DNA of 63,099 nt, filler included, from Octopus bimaculoides (lineage: Eukaryota), in the NCBI RefSeq assembly GCF_001194135.2. It is 6 parts of 5 records of this genome, joined end to end, with 100 filler letters (N's around TTAATTAATTAA, not from the genome) between each part and the next. Parts side by side here need not be neighbours in the genome. Positions count along the whole stretch, not along the records: positions 60,103 to 63,099 come from NW_026338621.1; 5 more parts are not named here. The stretch is one strand, 5' to 3'. The notes below the pieces were generated by a model. The model was not told the DNA's origin and searched no databases. It saw only the letters and a program-made list of their open reading frames with translations. This document shows, in pieces, positions 62,981-63,099 of this stretch. How positions within the stretch are numbered: position 1 is the first letter of the stretch; every line of letters starts with the position of its first letter. A program made the translations under genes and the position numbers.

Positions 62981-63099
62981 TATGTGTGTGGGGTGGTGTT
63001 CCTTTAAATAACTTTGCTATTAACACTTCACTAAATTTACAAATAATTTTAAAATGCAGATTTGGGTTAAATTTTATGAAACAGAACAAAACTATAAGA

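Overview
Repeat-dominated, AT-rich animal genomic DNA from a gapped draft scaffold, with many N-gaps, five of them carrying an artificial TTAATTAATTAA spacer. The SINE families and microsatellite load resemble an octopod cephalopod (inference; the species cannot be fixed from the sequence). Only one host coding exon is recognisable: a minus-strand exon at 62251-62458 of a firefly-luciferase-like/4-coumarate-CoA-ligase-like acyl-CoA synthetase (ANL superfamily); its other exons were not found in the window. Nearly all listed ORFs are microsatellite, gap or SINE artefacts. The rest is layered mobile DNA: at least four SINE or SINE-like families, R4/Dong-type RLE LINE remnants, several Penelope-like (RT, GIY-YIG) remnants with minimal hammerhead-like motifs, a DD37D (maT) transposase fragment, hAT and mariner MITEs, and LINE ORF1-like fragments. 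The most unusual structure is a 295-bp TG...CA element with a 5-bp TSD that carries two tandem tRNA-Ser primer-binding-site modules internally. A 61-nt near-perfect hairpin, an ~840-bp inverted/tandem repeat array and a few orphan exon and promoter candidates also deserve checking. I found no convincing evidence of a wholly new multi-gene system. TE fragment boundaries are approximate unless a TSD is quoted.
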